Source: an uncultured Lachnospiraceae bacterium (GTDB taxonomy: Bacteria > Bacillota > Clostridia > Lachnospirales > CAG-274). Taken from it: DNA of 26,659 nucleotides. The translations under genes were made by a program, and so were the position numbers. Positions 7,570-16,365 of the stretch are shown here, one piece after another. The notes beneath the pieces are model-generated. The model searched no databases, was not told the origin of the DNA, and saw only the letters and a list, made by a program, of their open reading frames with translations. How positions within the stretch are numbered: the stretch's first letter is position 1; every line of letters begins with the position of its first letter. The stretch lies in NCBI GenBank assembly GCA_964388305.1, contig CAYMAA010000010.1:1-26659 (forward strand). The letters run 5' to 3'.

Positions 7570-8136
7570 ATGATGAAAAAACACATACTAATAATTTTTG
7601 CGGCTGCGGCGCTTGCTACTGCCGCCTGCGCAAAAGCCGATGCTCCCGCAGATGAAATAACCGAAACAACAACGGAGCAAATTGCGGAAGCAACGAAAGA
7701 AACAAATAACAACATAAGCTTTAATATATCTTCCGAGCTGTTTGAAAAAACGGGGGAGGGTCAAAACGAGATATACTACGGCTCTGATAACGGAAATATT
7801 GTAATTGCCGAAAAAACGGAAGAAGAGGACAGCATTTATGCAACCCTGCCCGAAACGGAGGAGCAGGTGACGGCGCTGTTTAACGGTTTGGAGGGAAGCT
7901 TTGACATTAAAGAATTCAGCCTTGAACAGGAAGGTGAAGCTAAAATTTATAAGGTTGTGGTAGATATTAGAAACCTGAGAACGCCTAACTCATCGGAGGA
8001 CGAGGGCGCAAGCTATATAATGGTTGAATATATAAATTCCACACCCCAAGGCTATAAGGACGCTTATGCCGAAATATACAATACAGACGTATTGATTGAC
8101 GTTAAGAAGGCATTTTCAAAATATATTGAAGGCTAA
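7570..8136 (+). CDS. Acidic lipoprotein of unknown function (paralog 2)
   Basis: MMKKHILIIFAAAALATAAC signal peptide with a lipobox. AAGGAG lies upstream, and the ATG at 7573 is better spaced. The C-terminal half is alignable by eye with the preceding ORF. Confidence 0.7.
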   Translation: MMKKHILIIFAAAALATAACAKADAPADEITETTTEQIAEATKETNNNISFNISSELFEKTGEGQNEIYYGSDNGNIVIAEKTEEEDSIYATLPETEEQVTALFNGLEGSFDIKEFSLEQEGEAKIYKVVVDIRNLRTPNSSEDEGASYIMVEYINSTPQGYKDAYAEIYNTDVLIDVKKAFSKYIEG

Positions 8137-8153
8137 AATTTCAGAGATAACCT

Positions 8154-8945
8154 TTACTTTTTTCTGAACGGCAGACAGATTAACAAAGCAGCAATTCCCA
8201 CAAGCACAACAGCTCCCCCGGGGGCAACATTGCAAAAGCAGGATATTGTAAGGCCTGCCATTGTAAAAATTACAGCAAACAAAACGGAAAGCAGAACAAC
8301 CGATTTATAGCTTTTTGCAATAAGCAGGGCGGCGGCAACAGGTATTACCATAAGTGAGGAAATAACAAGAGCGCCCACAGTCCTTGCGGAAACGCTTACC
8401 ACCACCGCCGTCATAAGAGTAAATACAAAATTTATTGTTTTAACCTTTACTCCCGAAAGCATAGCGCCCTCTTCGTCAAAGGCAATGTAAAAAAGCTCTC
8501 TGTAAAGCACAATAAAAACACTTATAACAAGTACGGAAAGACCTACAACAAGCCATGTTTCCTGTGGGGATACAGCAACTATTGAGCCGAACAAAAAGCT
8601 GTTAAAGCTGCCCGTGTTGTTTACAAGTCCTGAAAACACCGCCGCAAGACCTACCCCTAACGAAAGTACAACCGCCGTGCCTATTTCTGAATAGTGGGGG
8701 AAAAATTTTCTGAAAAATTCTATAGCCAAGGCAGCCAATGCCGCAAAAGCAACCGCCGTGCCTATTGGACTGAAAGATGCCCAAAGACCTATCGCAACAC
8801 CTGCCAAGCTTGCGTGAGAAAGGGCGTCTCCTATATTTGAAAGCCTTTTAAGCACAATAATATTTCCAATAAGAGGGGTCATAACGGAAATAACAAAGCC
8901 TACCAAAAAAGCTCTCTGTATAAAGCCGTAAGTAAAAATTTCCAT
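8154..8945 (-). CDS. znuB: Zinc/manganese ABC transporter permease (ZnuB/AdcB-like)
   Basis: Multi-TM ABC-3 family permease. The internal ATG (MEIFTYGFIQRAF) starts one nt after the ATPase stop; the ORF-track start at 8996 overlaps the ATPase gene. Confidence 0.85.
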   Translation of the reverse strand: MEIFTYGFIQRAFLVGFVISVMTPLIGNIIVLKRLSNIGDALSHASLAGVAIGLWASFSPIGTAVAFAALAALAIEFFRKFFPHYSEIGTAVVLSLGVGLAAVFSGLVNNTGSFNSFLFGSIVAVSPQETWLVVGLSVLVISVFIVLYRELFYIAFDEEGAMLSGVKVKTINFVFTLMTAVVVSVSARTVGALVISSLMVIPVAAALLIAKSYKSVVLLSVLFAVIFTMAGLTISCFCNVAPGGAVVLVGIAALLICLPFRKK

Positions 8946-8946
8946 A

Positions 8947-9684
8947 TTAATGCTCCTCCTCCGTTTTGCGGTGATTGTGAGCGGCTCCCACCGCATAGTT
9001 GAATTTTAAAAATTCTTCTGTTTTATACATTTTGCACGGCTCGTTTTCCGCAAGAACAAGTATTTTGTTGGAGTGGTGTATAACAGAGCTTAAATCGTGT
9101 GTTACCATAATTATTGTATAACCCTTTGCGTTAAGCTCTCCCAGCAGGCAGCAAATACTGTCCGCCGCATTAACATCTACACCTACGGTAGGCTCGTCCA
9201 AAAAAATAATTTTAGGCTTGCTTACTATTGCCTTTGCCATAAACACCCTTTGCTGCTGACCGCCTGAAAGCCTGCCTATAAGCCTGTTTTTAAACTTCAG
9301 CATACTTACCTGTTCAAGGGCTTGGTCTGTTTTTTCATCATCTTCTTTGTTATAAAACCTTAAAAAGCCTTTTCGGGAGTAAAGACCTGCCTTAACCACC
9401 TCTTTAACCGTTGCGGGAAAGCTTTGATTAAACCCCGTGGCTTTTTGTGATACATACGAAATTTTTGAATAATCTTTAAATTTGTCCGATGGTATGCCGT
9501 CTATAAATATTTGACCCTTTTGCATTTTGAGTATGTTTAATATAAGCTTTAGCAGGGTGCTTTTTCCTGTTCCGTTACTGCCCAGCACGCAAACAAAGTC
9601 GCCCTGTTCCACTTCAAAGGAAACATTTTTTAATATATTTTTATCGGGATAATCAAAAGACACGTTTTTTACTTCAAGCACCAT
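8947..9684 (-). CDS. znuC: Zinc/manganese ABC transporter ATP-binding protein (ZnuC/AdcC-like)
   Basis: Walker A GSNGTGKST, ABC signature LSGGQQQR and Walker B IIFLDEP. Confidence 0.9.
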   Translation of the reverse strand: MVLEVKNVSFDYPDKNILKNVSFEVEQGDFVCVLGSNGTGKSTLLKLILNILKMQKGQIFIDGIPSDKFKDYSKISYVSQKATGFNQSFPATVKEVVKAGLYSRKGFLRFYNKEDDEKTDQALEQVSMLKFKNRLIGRLSGGQQQRVFMAKAIVSKPKIIFLDEPTVGVDVNAADSICCLLGELNAKGYTIIMVTHDLSSVIHHSNKILVLAENEPCKMYKTEEFLKFNYAVGAAHNHRKTEEEH

Positions 9685-9687
9685 ATT

Positions 9688-10629
9688 TTAATCCCCCTCG
9701 CCGTCATTCTTTTTTAACTCAGTAAGGTTATCGTACATAACATCAAAATAGCTTTTGCCTGCCTTAACCTGCTCTGCGCTAATACCCTCAAATGAACATA
9801 TAGGGAAAACCCTTATTCCCAAATCCTCAGCTATGGCTTTGGCGGTTCGTCCCTCAGTTAAGCTATCATAAAATATACATTCAATATTGTTTTTCCTAAT
9901 ATATTCGTATATTTCCTTAACTTTTTGGGGTGAGGGATCTCCGCTGCCGCCCATGCCCTCAACAGCCTCCTGACTTAATCCGTAGCTTGTGCATATATAG
10001 CCGTAAGCGCCGTGGCTTACTACAATGTGTTTGTTTTTAAGGCCGCCAAGGACGGTTTTGCAGGCATTATCCAGCTCTATTGCCTTTTTTTCAAAAATCT
10101 CGTAATTGTTTTTGTAGTATTCTTCGTTTTTGGGGTCTGCCTCGCAAAAGGCGTTGCATATATTTTTTGCCTCAATGCAGGCATTTAGGGGATTCAGCCA
10201 AACATGAGGGTCGGCGTCCTCTTGTTGGGGTTCGCTCTCTTTATGCCGGTGTTCCTCGCCCTCTTCATGCCCGTGTTCATATCCGTAGTTGATTTTGCAG
10301 CCCTGTGATGCCTCAACAAAAATCAGCTTATTGTTTTCAACGGATTTTTTAACCCTTTCAACAAAGCTTTCCATTCCCAAGCCGTTGTATATAAATATAT
10401 CGGCTTTTTCAAGAGAAAGCATATTTCCCACACTCAGCTCTCTGTCGTGAGGCTCTCCGCCGTTTGGCACTAAATTTATGATTTCCGCTTTTTCTCCGCC
10501 AATTTGTGCGGCAAAGTCCGCCATTGCCCAAAATGAAGTGCATACATTTATTTTTTCGCTTTTGTTAAAATTGCCTCCGCAGCCGCAAAAAACAGAGCAA
10601 ATAAAAATTATTAAAAATATTTTTTTCAT
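9688..10629 (-). CDS. znuA: Zinc ABC transporter substrate-binding lipoprotein (ZnuA/AdcA-like, cluster A-I)
   Basis: MKKIFLIIFICSVFCGC lipoprotein signal. A His/acid-rich loop (GYEHGHEEGEEHRHKESEPQQEDADPH) is typical of zinc-specific ZnuA proteins. The ATG at 10629 is preferred over the upstream TTG at 10638. Confidence 0.85.
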   Translation of the reverse strand: MKKIFLIIFICSVFCGCGGNFNKSEKINVCTSFWAMADFAAQIGGEKAEIINLVPNGGEPHDRELSVGNMLSLEKADIFIYNGLGMESFVERVKKSVENNKLIFVEASQGCKINYGYEHGHEEGEEHRHKESEPQQEDADPHVWLNPLNACIEAKNICNAFCEADPKNEEYYKNNYEIFEKKAIELDNACKTVLGGLKNKHIVVSHGAYGYICTSYGLSQEAVEGMGGSGDPSPQKVKEIYEYIRKNNIECIFYDSLTEGRTAKAIAEDLGIRVFPICSFEGISAEQVKAGKSYFDVMYDNLTELKKNDGEGD

Positions 10630-10666
10630 AATAATCAACCTTATTGCTAAATCGGTGTTTTCCTAA

Positions 10667-10694
10667 ATTATAACACAAACAAGATTTTTGTAAA
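10667..10694 (-). promoter_or_regulatory. Candidate znuACB promoter (TTTACA-16-TGtTATAAT)
   Basis: Read on the minus strand: TTTACA (10694-10689), a 16-nt spacer, then TATAAT (10672-10667) preceded by TGt. Confidence 0.55.
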
Positions 10695-10772
10695 TAAAAA
10701 ATTCATAAATTTTTGCTTTTATAAAATTTGGAAAATTTATGAAATGTTATCATAGCATTTTTAAATATGGGG

Positions 10773-10801
10773 TTGCAATGGGACGGTGAATGTTATATAA
10801 T
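10773..10801 (+). promoter_or_regulatory. Candidate rib operon promoter (TTGCAA-17-TATAAT)
   Basis: TTGCAA at 10773-10778, a 17-nt spacer, then TATAAT at 10796-10801. It lies ~85 nt upstream of the FMN aptamer. Confidence 0.6.
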
Positions 10802-10885
10802 TAATTTTAAGGAGCTGTTGACTAATTATCGCTTTGCGTTTTTCGGATAAAATCCGCTTCGGTTAATTAATCGGCGCTTCATTAG

Positions 10886-11020
10886 AAAAAATCTTCAGGG
10901 AAAAGCTGTTTTGCAGTTTGTAGGTGAAAGTCCTTATCGGCGGTAAAGCCCGCGAGCCTTTTGGCTGATTTGGTGAAAGTCCAAAGCCGACGGTTAAAGT
11001 CCGGATGGAAGAAGATAAGA
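10886..11020 (+). promoter_or_regulatory. FMN riboswitch (RFN element) aptamer
   Basis: Matches conserved RFN segments: AUCUUCAGGG, GGUGAAAGUCC, AUCGGCGGUAAAGCCCGCGAGCC, GGUGAAAGUCCAAAGCCGACGGUUAAAGUCCGGAUGGAAGAAGAU. P1 is AUCUUC/GAAGAU. It sits directly upstream of ribD. Confidence 0.92.
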
Positions 11021-11054
11021 CTGTTTTTTATAATATTTAGGCAGATTTTATTTT

Positions 11055-11088
11055 GATACCCTGACGCTTTTTGTTGGGGTATTTTTTG
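11055..11088 (+). terminator. FMN riboswitch expression-platform terminator
   Basis: ATACCC (11056-11061) pairs with GGGTAT (11077-11082) and is followed by TTTTTT. It lies between the aptamer and the ribD RBS. Confidence 0.7.
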
Positions 11089-11104
11089 TTAGGAAGTGAT
11101 TTAT

Positions 11105-12193
11105 ATGGAAAATGCCGAGTTCTATATGAAAATGGCTTTGGAGCAGGCATTGTCGGGAAAGGGGTTTGTAAGCCCAAACCCAATGGTAGGGGCGGTTATT
11201 GTAAAAAACGGAAAGGTTTTGGCAAAGGGTTATCATCACAAATACGGCAGTTTACACGCAGAAAGGGACGCTTTTGCCAATTTAACCGAGGACTGTGCCG
11301 GCGCGGATATGTATGTTACTTTAGAGCCGTGCTGTCATTACGGAAAACAGCCGCCCTGCACCGATGCGATTATTGAGCATGGCATTAAAAGAATATTTAT
11401 AGGCTCAAAAGACCCAAACCCCATTGTAAACGGCAGGGGCAGGGCAATTTTGCAGGCTGCGGGCATAGAGGTGCATGAGGGCATTTTAAAGGAAGAATGT
11501 GATAGAATAAACCATATTTTCTTTCATTATATTACAAAAAAAATTCCCTATTATGTGTGCAAATATGCAATGACGGCGGACGGCAAAATTGCCGCTTATA
11601 CAGGTGACTCCAAATGGATAAGCTGTGAAGAGGCAAGGCAAAGGGTACATCGTATGCGAGGTGAATACAGAGGAATTATGGCAGGCATAAACACTGTATT
11701 AAGTGATGACCCTATGCTTAATTGCAGAACAGAGGGACTTAAAAGTCCCGTAAGAATAATTTGCGATTCCCGTTTAAAAATACCTGTTGAAAGCAAAATT
11801 GTTAAAACCGCAAAGGAGTACGAAACAATTGTGGCAACCGTAAGCAGGGATAATGAAAAAATTGAAAGGCTGAAAAAAGCAGGGGTGCAGGTTATTGCAA
11901 CATCGGCAAACAATGGTCAGGTAAACCTGAGGGAGCTTTCCGCAAGGCTTGGAGAAATGAAGATTGACAGCATACTTGTTGAGGGCGGCGGAGAGCTTAA
12001 CTTTTCCGTTATGAAGGCAGGCTTGTGCAAGAGGATTTTTGCTTTTATCTCCCCTAAAATTTTGGGAGGGAGCATGGCAAAAACGCCTGTTGAGGGAGCC
12101 GGCATTGAGCGTGTTAAGGATTGCTTAAAGCTTAATTTGCTTTCTGTACAAAAAACCGGTGACGATGTGCTGTTGGAATATGAGGTGATATAA
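11105..12193 (+). CDS. ribD: Bifunctional diaminohydroxyphosphoribosylaminopyrimidine deaminase / 5-amino-6-(5-phosphoribosylamino)uracil reductase
   Basis: Deaminase zinc motifs HAE and PCxxC (LEPCCHYGKQPPC), plus a C-terminal reductase domain. The ATG at 11105 lies 8 nt after AGGAAG. Confidence 0.92.
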   Translation: MENAEFYMKMALEQALSGKGFVSPNPMVGAVIVKNGKVLAKGYHHKYGSLHAERDAFANLTEDCAGADMYVTLEPCCHYGKQPPCTDAIIEHGIKRIFIGSKDPNPIVNGRGRAILQAAGIEVHEGILKEECDRINHIFFHYITKKIPYYVCKYAMTADGKIAAYTGDSKWISCEEARQRVHRMRGEYRGIMAGINTVLSDDPMLNCRTEGLKSPVRIICDSRLKIPVESKIVKTAKEYETIVATVSRDNEKIERLKKAGVQVIATSANNGQVNLRELSARLGEMKIDSILVEGGGELNFSVMKAGLCKRIFAFISPKILGGSMAKTPVEGAGIERVKDCLKLNLLSVQKTGDDVLLEYEVI

Positions 12194-12838
12194 ATGTTTA
12201 CGGGTCTTATTGAAGAGGTGGGAACGGTTGTTTCCATAAACGGCGGCGGAGATTTTGCAAGGCTTAATATAAGCTGCAAAAAGGCGCTTGAAAACACAAG
12301 TGTTGGGGACAGTATTGCCGTAAACGGTTTATGCCTTACGGTTACGGAGCTTGGTGAAGATTGCTTTTTTGCAGATGTTATGGCGGAAAGCCTAAGACGC
12401 AGCTCTTTGGGCAGGCTCAAGCCGGGCGGCAGAGTTAATTTGGAAAGAGCTATGGCGGCAGACGGCAGGTTTGGCGGACATATTGTAAGCGGCCATATTG
12501 ACGGAACGGGAAAGGTGCTTGGAATGGTTAAAGAGGGCATTGCGACTGTTGTGGAAATCGGCGCAGGCTTTGAACTTTTGCATTATATTGTGGAAAAAGG
12601 CTCTGTTGCCATAGACGGCATAAGTCTTACGGTTATGAGTGTTGGCAAAAGCAGCTTTAAGGTTGGGGTTATACCTCACACAGGGGGAGAAACCACACTT
12701 TTGGACAGGCGCTTTGGAGATATGGTAAACATAGAAACAGATGTTTTGGGAAAATATATTGAAAAGCTTTTAAAAAACGGCAGACCTGCGGCGGAAGAAG
12801 AGCTTACGGCTGAGTTTTTGGCAGAAAACGGGTTTTAA
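12194..12838 (+). CDS. ribE: Riboflavin synthase (alpha chain)
   Basis: MFTGLIEEVG N-terminus and duplicated lumazine-binding repeats (GDSIAVNGLCLTV and GSVAIDGISLTV). Confidence 0.92.
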   Translation: MFTGLIEEVGTVVSINGGGDFARLNISCKKALENTSVGDSIAVNGLCLTVTELGEDCFFADVMAESLRRSSLGRLKPGGRVNLERAMAADGRFGGHIVSGHIDGTGKVLGMVKEGIATVVEIGAGFELLHYIVEKGSVAIDGISLTVMSVGKSSFKVGVIPHTGGETTLLDRRFGDMVNIETDVLGKYIEKLLKNGRPAAEEELTAEFLAENGF

Positions 12839-12850
12839 GGAGGTACTGCT

Positions 12851-14059
12851 TTGGAAAGGTTTATAACAAACACCATTGAAGAAGCCATTGAGGACATAAG
12901 GGCAGGAAAGATGGTTGTTACCATTGACGATGAGGACAGAGAAAACGAGGGCGATGTTATTGTTGCCGCAGAGTTTGCGGACACGGCAGCGGTGAACTTT
13001 ATGGCAAGCCATGCAAAGGGACTTATATGTATGCCCATGAGCGGCGAATATATTAAAAAATTGGGTTTAAAGCCTATGGTTGAGCATAATACGGACAATC
13101 ACGAAACGGCATTTACGGAATCCATAGACCATATAAGCACTACCACGGGCATATCTGCTTATGAGCGTTCAGTTACTGCAATGATGGCGGCAAGGGACGA
13201 TGCAAAACCGAGAGATTTCAGACGGCCCGGGCATATGTTTCCTTTAGAGGCAAAAGAGGGCGGAGTGCTTAAAAGAATTGGTCACACTGAAGCAACGGTG
13301 GATTTGTGCCGTTTGGCAGGACTTAAACCCATTGGCTTGTGCTGCGAAATTATGAAAGATGACGGCACAATGGCAAGAAGGGACGACCTTGTGGAGTTTG
13401 CCGAAAAATACGGTCTTAAACTGATTACAATAGCAGACCTTGTGGCTTACCGCATTGGCAGGGAAAAGCTTGTGGAATGCGTTGCGAAGGCAAAAATGCC
13501 TACTCACTTTGGCAAATTTGAAATTTACGGATATGTAAACAAGCTAAACGGAGAGCATCATGTTGCCCTTGTTAAAGGCGATGTTGCGGACGGAAAGCCT
13601 GTTTTATGCAGAGTTCACTCAGAGTGCTTAACAGGTGACGCTTTGGGAAGCTGCCGATGTGACTGCGGACAGCAATACAGAGCCGCTATGAATATGATTG
13701 AAAAAGAGGGGAGAGGCGTGCTTGTTTATATGAGGCAGGAGGGCAGAGGAATTGGACTTATTAACAAGCTCCGTGCTTATGAGCTGCAGGATAAGGGTAT
13801 GGATACCGTTGAGGCAAACCTTGCGCTGGGTTTTCCCGAGGATTTAAGGGATTACGGAATTGGGGCGCAAATTCTTGTGGATTTAGGCGTTAAAAAGCTC
13901 AGACTTATGACAAACAACCCCAAAAAAGTATCGGGACTTTCCGGCTACGGCATAGAAATTGTGGAAAGAGTGCCTATTCAGATAGAGCCAACTGAGGCTG
14001 ACGAATTTTATTTAAAGACTAAAAAAGAAAAAATGGGTCATTATTTGGACAATGTGTAA
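12851..14059 (+). CDS. ribBA: Bifunctional 3,4-dihydroxy-2-butanone-4-phosphate synthase / GTP cyclohydrolase II
   Basis: DHBP synthase domain ([10 protein letters not shown]) and a GCH-II zinc site (CxxxxxxxxxxCxC: [17 protein letters not shown]). TTG start lies 8 nt after AAGGAGG. Confidence 0.9.
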   Translation: MERFITNTIEEAIEDIRAGKMVVTIDDEDRENEGDVIVAAEFADTAAVNFMASHAKGLICMPMSGEYIKKLGLKPMVEHNTDNHETAFTESIDHISTTTGISAYERSVTAMMAARDDAKPRDFRRPGHMFPLEAKEGGVLKRIGHTEATVDLCRLAGLKPIGLCCEIMKDDGTMARRDDLVEFAEKYGLKLITIADLVAYRIGREKLVECVAKAKMPTHFGKFEIYGYVNKLNGEHHVALVKGDVADGKPVLCRVHSECLTGDALGSCRCDCGQQYRAAMNMIEKEGRGVLVYMRQEGRGIGLINKLRAYELQDKGMDTVEANLALGFPEDLRDYGIGAQILVDLGVKKLRLMTNNPKKVSGLSGYGIEIVERVPIQIEPTEADEFYLKTKKEKMGHYLDNV

Positions 14060-14080
14060 TTTTAAAGGAGGAATTTTATT

Positions 14081-14542
14081 ATGAAGATTTATGAGGGAAA
14101 ACTGACAGCAAACGGAATCAGAGTGGGAATTGTATGCTCAAGATTTAATGAATTTATTGTTTCCAAGCTTCTTTCGGGAGCTTTGGACGGACTAAGACGT
14201 CACGATGTGGAAGAGGACAACATAAGCGTTGCATGGGTACCCGGGGCATTTGAACTGCCTGTTATCGCTCAAAAAATGGCTGAAAGCGGAAAGTTTGATG
14301 CGGTAATTTGTTTGGGTGCGGTTATAAGAGGCGCCACAAGCCATTATGACCTTGTTTGCGCCGAGGTAAGCAAGGGTATTGCCCAAACATCGCTTAAAAC
14401 AGGTATTCCTGTTTTATTTGGAGTTGTTACAACGGATACCATTGCGCAGGCTGTTGAAAGAGCAGGCACAAAGGCAGGCAACAAGGGTTATGACTGCGCT
14501 CTTTCCGCACTGGAAATGGTTAATCTTATTAAAGAGCTTTAA
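14081..14542 (+). CDS. ribH: 6,7-dimethyl-8-ribityllumazine synthase
   Basis: 153-aa protein. VPGAFELP, the typical lumazine synthase motif, is present. AAGGAGG lies upstream. Confidence 0.93.
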   Translation: MKIYEGKLTANGIRVGIVCSRFNEFIVSKLLSGALDGLRRHDVEEDNISVAWVPGAFELPVIAQKMAESGKFDAVICLGAVIRGATSHYDLVCAEVSKGIAQTSLKTGIPVLFGVVTTDTIAQAVERAGTKAGNKGYDCALSALEMVNLIKEL

Positions 14543-14555
14543 GCAATACATATTT

Positions 14556-14606
14556 AGGCGCTTTTGACCTTGGTTTTGCTGCCAAAGGCTTGAAGGCGCC
14601 TTTTTT
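14556..14606 (+). terminator. Rho-independent terminator of the rib operon
   Basis: AGGCGC (14556-14561) pairs with GCGCCT (14596-14601), with additional inner pairing, followed by TTTTTT. Confidence 0.7.
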
Positions 14607-14808
14607 ATTAAGTTTTTAAAAAAATCTATAAAAAGAGGTTGGCTTTAATGAGAACATAATTTGTATGTGGAAATTGATGAGGAAAACAATGAAATTAATA
14701 TATACATAGACAGCAAAATTGACGGATAATACTATAATTTTGCGGCAAAAGAAAAACACAAATGAGCAAACCCGAATAATACTTTTGTAACCAAGCGCTA
14801 AGGCTTGC

Positions 14809-14906
14809 GGCGGGGCGGTGGCGGCGTCAGCGGTGCCGCCGTCGCCCCGCCCTCGCCCCCACGGGTCAACTGTTTTGTACAGCTAAAAGCTGTACAAAAC
14901 GGTTGA
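14809..14906 (+). other. Two adjacent long hairpins: a GC-rich 17-bp stem and a 19-bp AT-rich stem
   Basis: - 14809-14825 pairs with 14835-14851 (GGCGGGGCGGUGGCGGC / GCCGCCGUCGCCCCGCC).
- 14866-14884 pairs with 14888-14906 (UCAACUGUUUUGUACAGCU / AGCUGUACAAAACGGUUGA) with a 3-nt loop.
- The wobble positions pair only on the plus strand. Confidence 0.6.
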
Positions 14907-14923
14907 GCAGCAAAAGCTGTTTT

Positions 14924-15595
14924 TTAAATCATACGGGCATTTTTATATTCTCCCGTGCATTTAAACTGTACCCGGTCGCATATATTTTCCGCATGATCGC
15001 CTATTTTTTCAAAGTATTTTGCTATCATAAGCAAATCTATGGCGGAATTAATGCTTTGCAAATCCTCCTCAGATGAGGTTTTTAATATTTGGGAAATCTC
15101 AAGCACAACCTTTCCGAAAAGACTGTCTGTTTCATCATCAATTTTAATGATTTTTTTGGCAAATTCTGTATCCCTGTTTATGTATGCGCTTAAAGCATTG
15201 GAAACCATATATCTTGCAAGCTCTGCCAGCTTTGGTATGTGCATAACGGTATTAAAGCTGTTTTCATCTTTAAGTCTTAAAACTATTTCTGAAATATCCC
15301 CTGCATGGTCGCCTATTCTTTCCATATCCGTTACTATTTTAAGGGCGGCTGTTACCGTTCTTAAATCCTTGGCAACAGGCTGCTGCCTTAAAATAAGTGA
15401 AAGGCATTTGCTTTCAATATTTCTTTTCATATCGTTTATTACTCTGTCATTTTCCATAACCTTTTTTGCAAGGGCATAATCCCTGTTTTTAAATGCGGTA
15501 ATGGAGCTTGTAATGGAGTCCTCCACTGCCGCACCCATTTTTATAAGCTCTGTATTAAGCTGTTCCAATTCATAATCAAAATTACTTCTTGTCAT
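14924..15595 (-). CDS. phoU: Phosphate signalling complex protein PhoU
   Basis: 223-aa protein with two PhoU repeats, each carrying the E/DxxxD-type motif (ERIGDHAGDI, EKIGDHAENI). It is the last gene of the pst operon. Confidence 0.9.
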   Translation of the reverse strand: MTRSNFDYELEQLNTELIKMGAAVEDSITSSITAFKNRDYALAKKVMENDRVINDMKRNIESKCLSLILRQQPVAKDLRTVTAALKIVTDMERIGDHAGDISEIVLRLKDENSFNTVMHIPKLAELARYMVSNALSAYINRDTEFAKKIIKIDDETDSLFGKVVLEISQILKTSSEEDLQSINSAIDLLMIAKYFEKIGDHAENICDRVQFKCTGEYKNARMI

Positions 15596-15609
15596 TTTAT
15601 GCCGCCTCC

Positions 15610-16365
15610 TTAACCAAATCTTCCTGTAATATAGTCTTGCGTGCGTTTATCCTTCGGGTTTGCAAAAACATCAACGGTTTTGCCGTATTCTATCATTTCA
15701 CCTACAAGAAAAAAGGCGGTATTGTCGGAAATTCTGGCGGCCTGCTGCATATTGTGGGTAACTATTGCGACAGTATAATTCTTTTTAAGGCTGTCCATAA
15801 GCTCCTCAATTTTTAATGTGGAAACAGGGTCTAAAGCTGAGGTTGGCTCGTCCATTAAAATAACCTCAGGCTTTACGGCAATGGCTCTGGCTATGCACAG
15901 CCTTTGCTGCTGACCGCCGGAAAGACCCAAAGCGGATTTTTTGAGCCTGTCCTTAACCTCGTCAAAAATTGCGGCGCCGCGCAGACTTTCTTCCACAATT
16001 TCATCTAACCGGGAACGCTTTTTAATGCCGTGAATTTTTGGGCCGTAAGCCACATTATCATAAATACTCATAGGAAAGGGATTTGGCTGCTGAAAAACCA
16101 TACCGACCTTTTTTCTCAGCAATGCGGTGTTTACCAAGGGAGAGTAAATGTTTTCATCGTCTAAAAGTATTTCCCCCTCAATCCTTACATTTTCAACAAT
16201 ATCGTTCATTCGGTTAAGGGTTTTTAAAAATGTGGATTTTCCGCAGCCCGACGGGCCTATAAAGGCTGTTATTTCTTTTTCGGGTATATTCATATTAATA
16301 TTTTTTAAAGCGTGATTTGTTCCGTAGTATAAATTGAGATTTGTAACACTTATTTTAGTTTTCAT
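15610..16365 (-). CDS. pstB: Phosphate ABC transporter ATP-binding protein
   Basis: Walker [10 protein letters not shown], signature LSGGQQQRL and Walker [12 protein letters not shown]. PstB-type N-terminus. Confidence 0.93.
   Translation of the reverse strand: MKTKISVTNLNLYYGTNHALKNINMNIPEKEITAFIGPSGCGKSTFLKTLNRMNDIVENVRIEGEILLDDENIYSPLVNTALLRKKVGMVFQQPNPFPMSIYDNVAYGPKIHGIKKRSRLDEIVEESLRGAAIFDEVKDRLKKSALGLSGGQQQRLCIARAIAVKPEVILMDEPTSALDPVSTLKIEELMDSLKKNYTVAIVTHNMQQAARISDNTAFFLVGEMIEYGKTVDVFANPKDKRTQDYITGRFG

Noticed and set aside
10811-10850. A 10-codon uORF (TTG ACT AAT ... TAA) behind AAGGAG, upstream of the FMN aptamer.
   Set aside because: It has a non-ATG start and no conservation evidence, and FMN riboswitches do not need leader peptides. 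It is probably fortuitous.
11917-12540. Long antisense or alternative-frame ORFs inside confident genes: 11917-12540, 5912-6394, 15039-15479, 17758-18129, 18637-19155, 22964-23419 and 20753-21112.
   Set aside because: Each lies inside a strongly supported housekeeping gene, mostly on the opposite strand (17758-18129 opposite pstC, 20753-21112 opposite ptsI). They have Ser/Pro/Leu/Ala-rich shadow-frame composition and no RBS.
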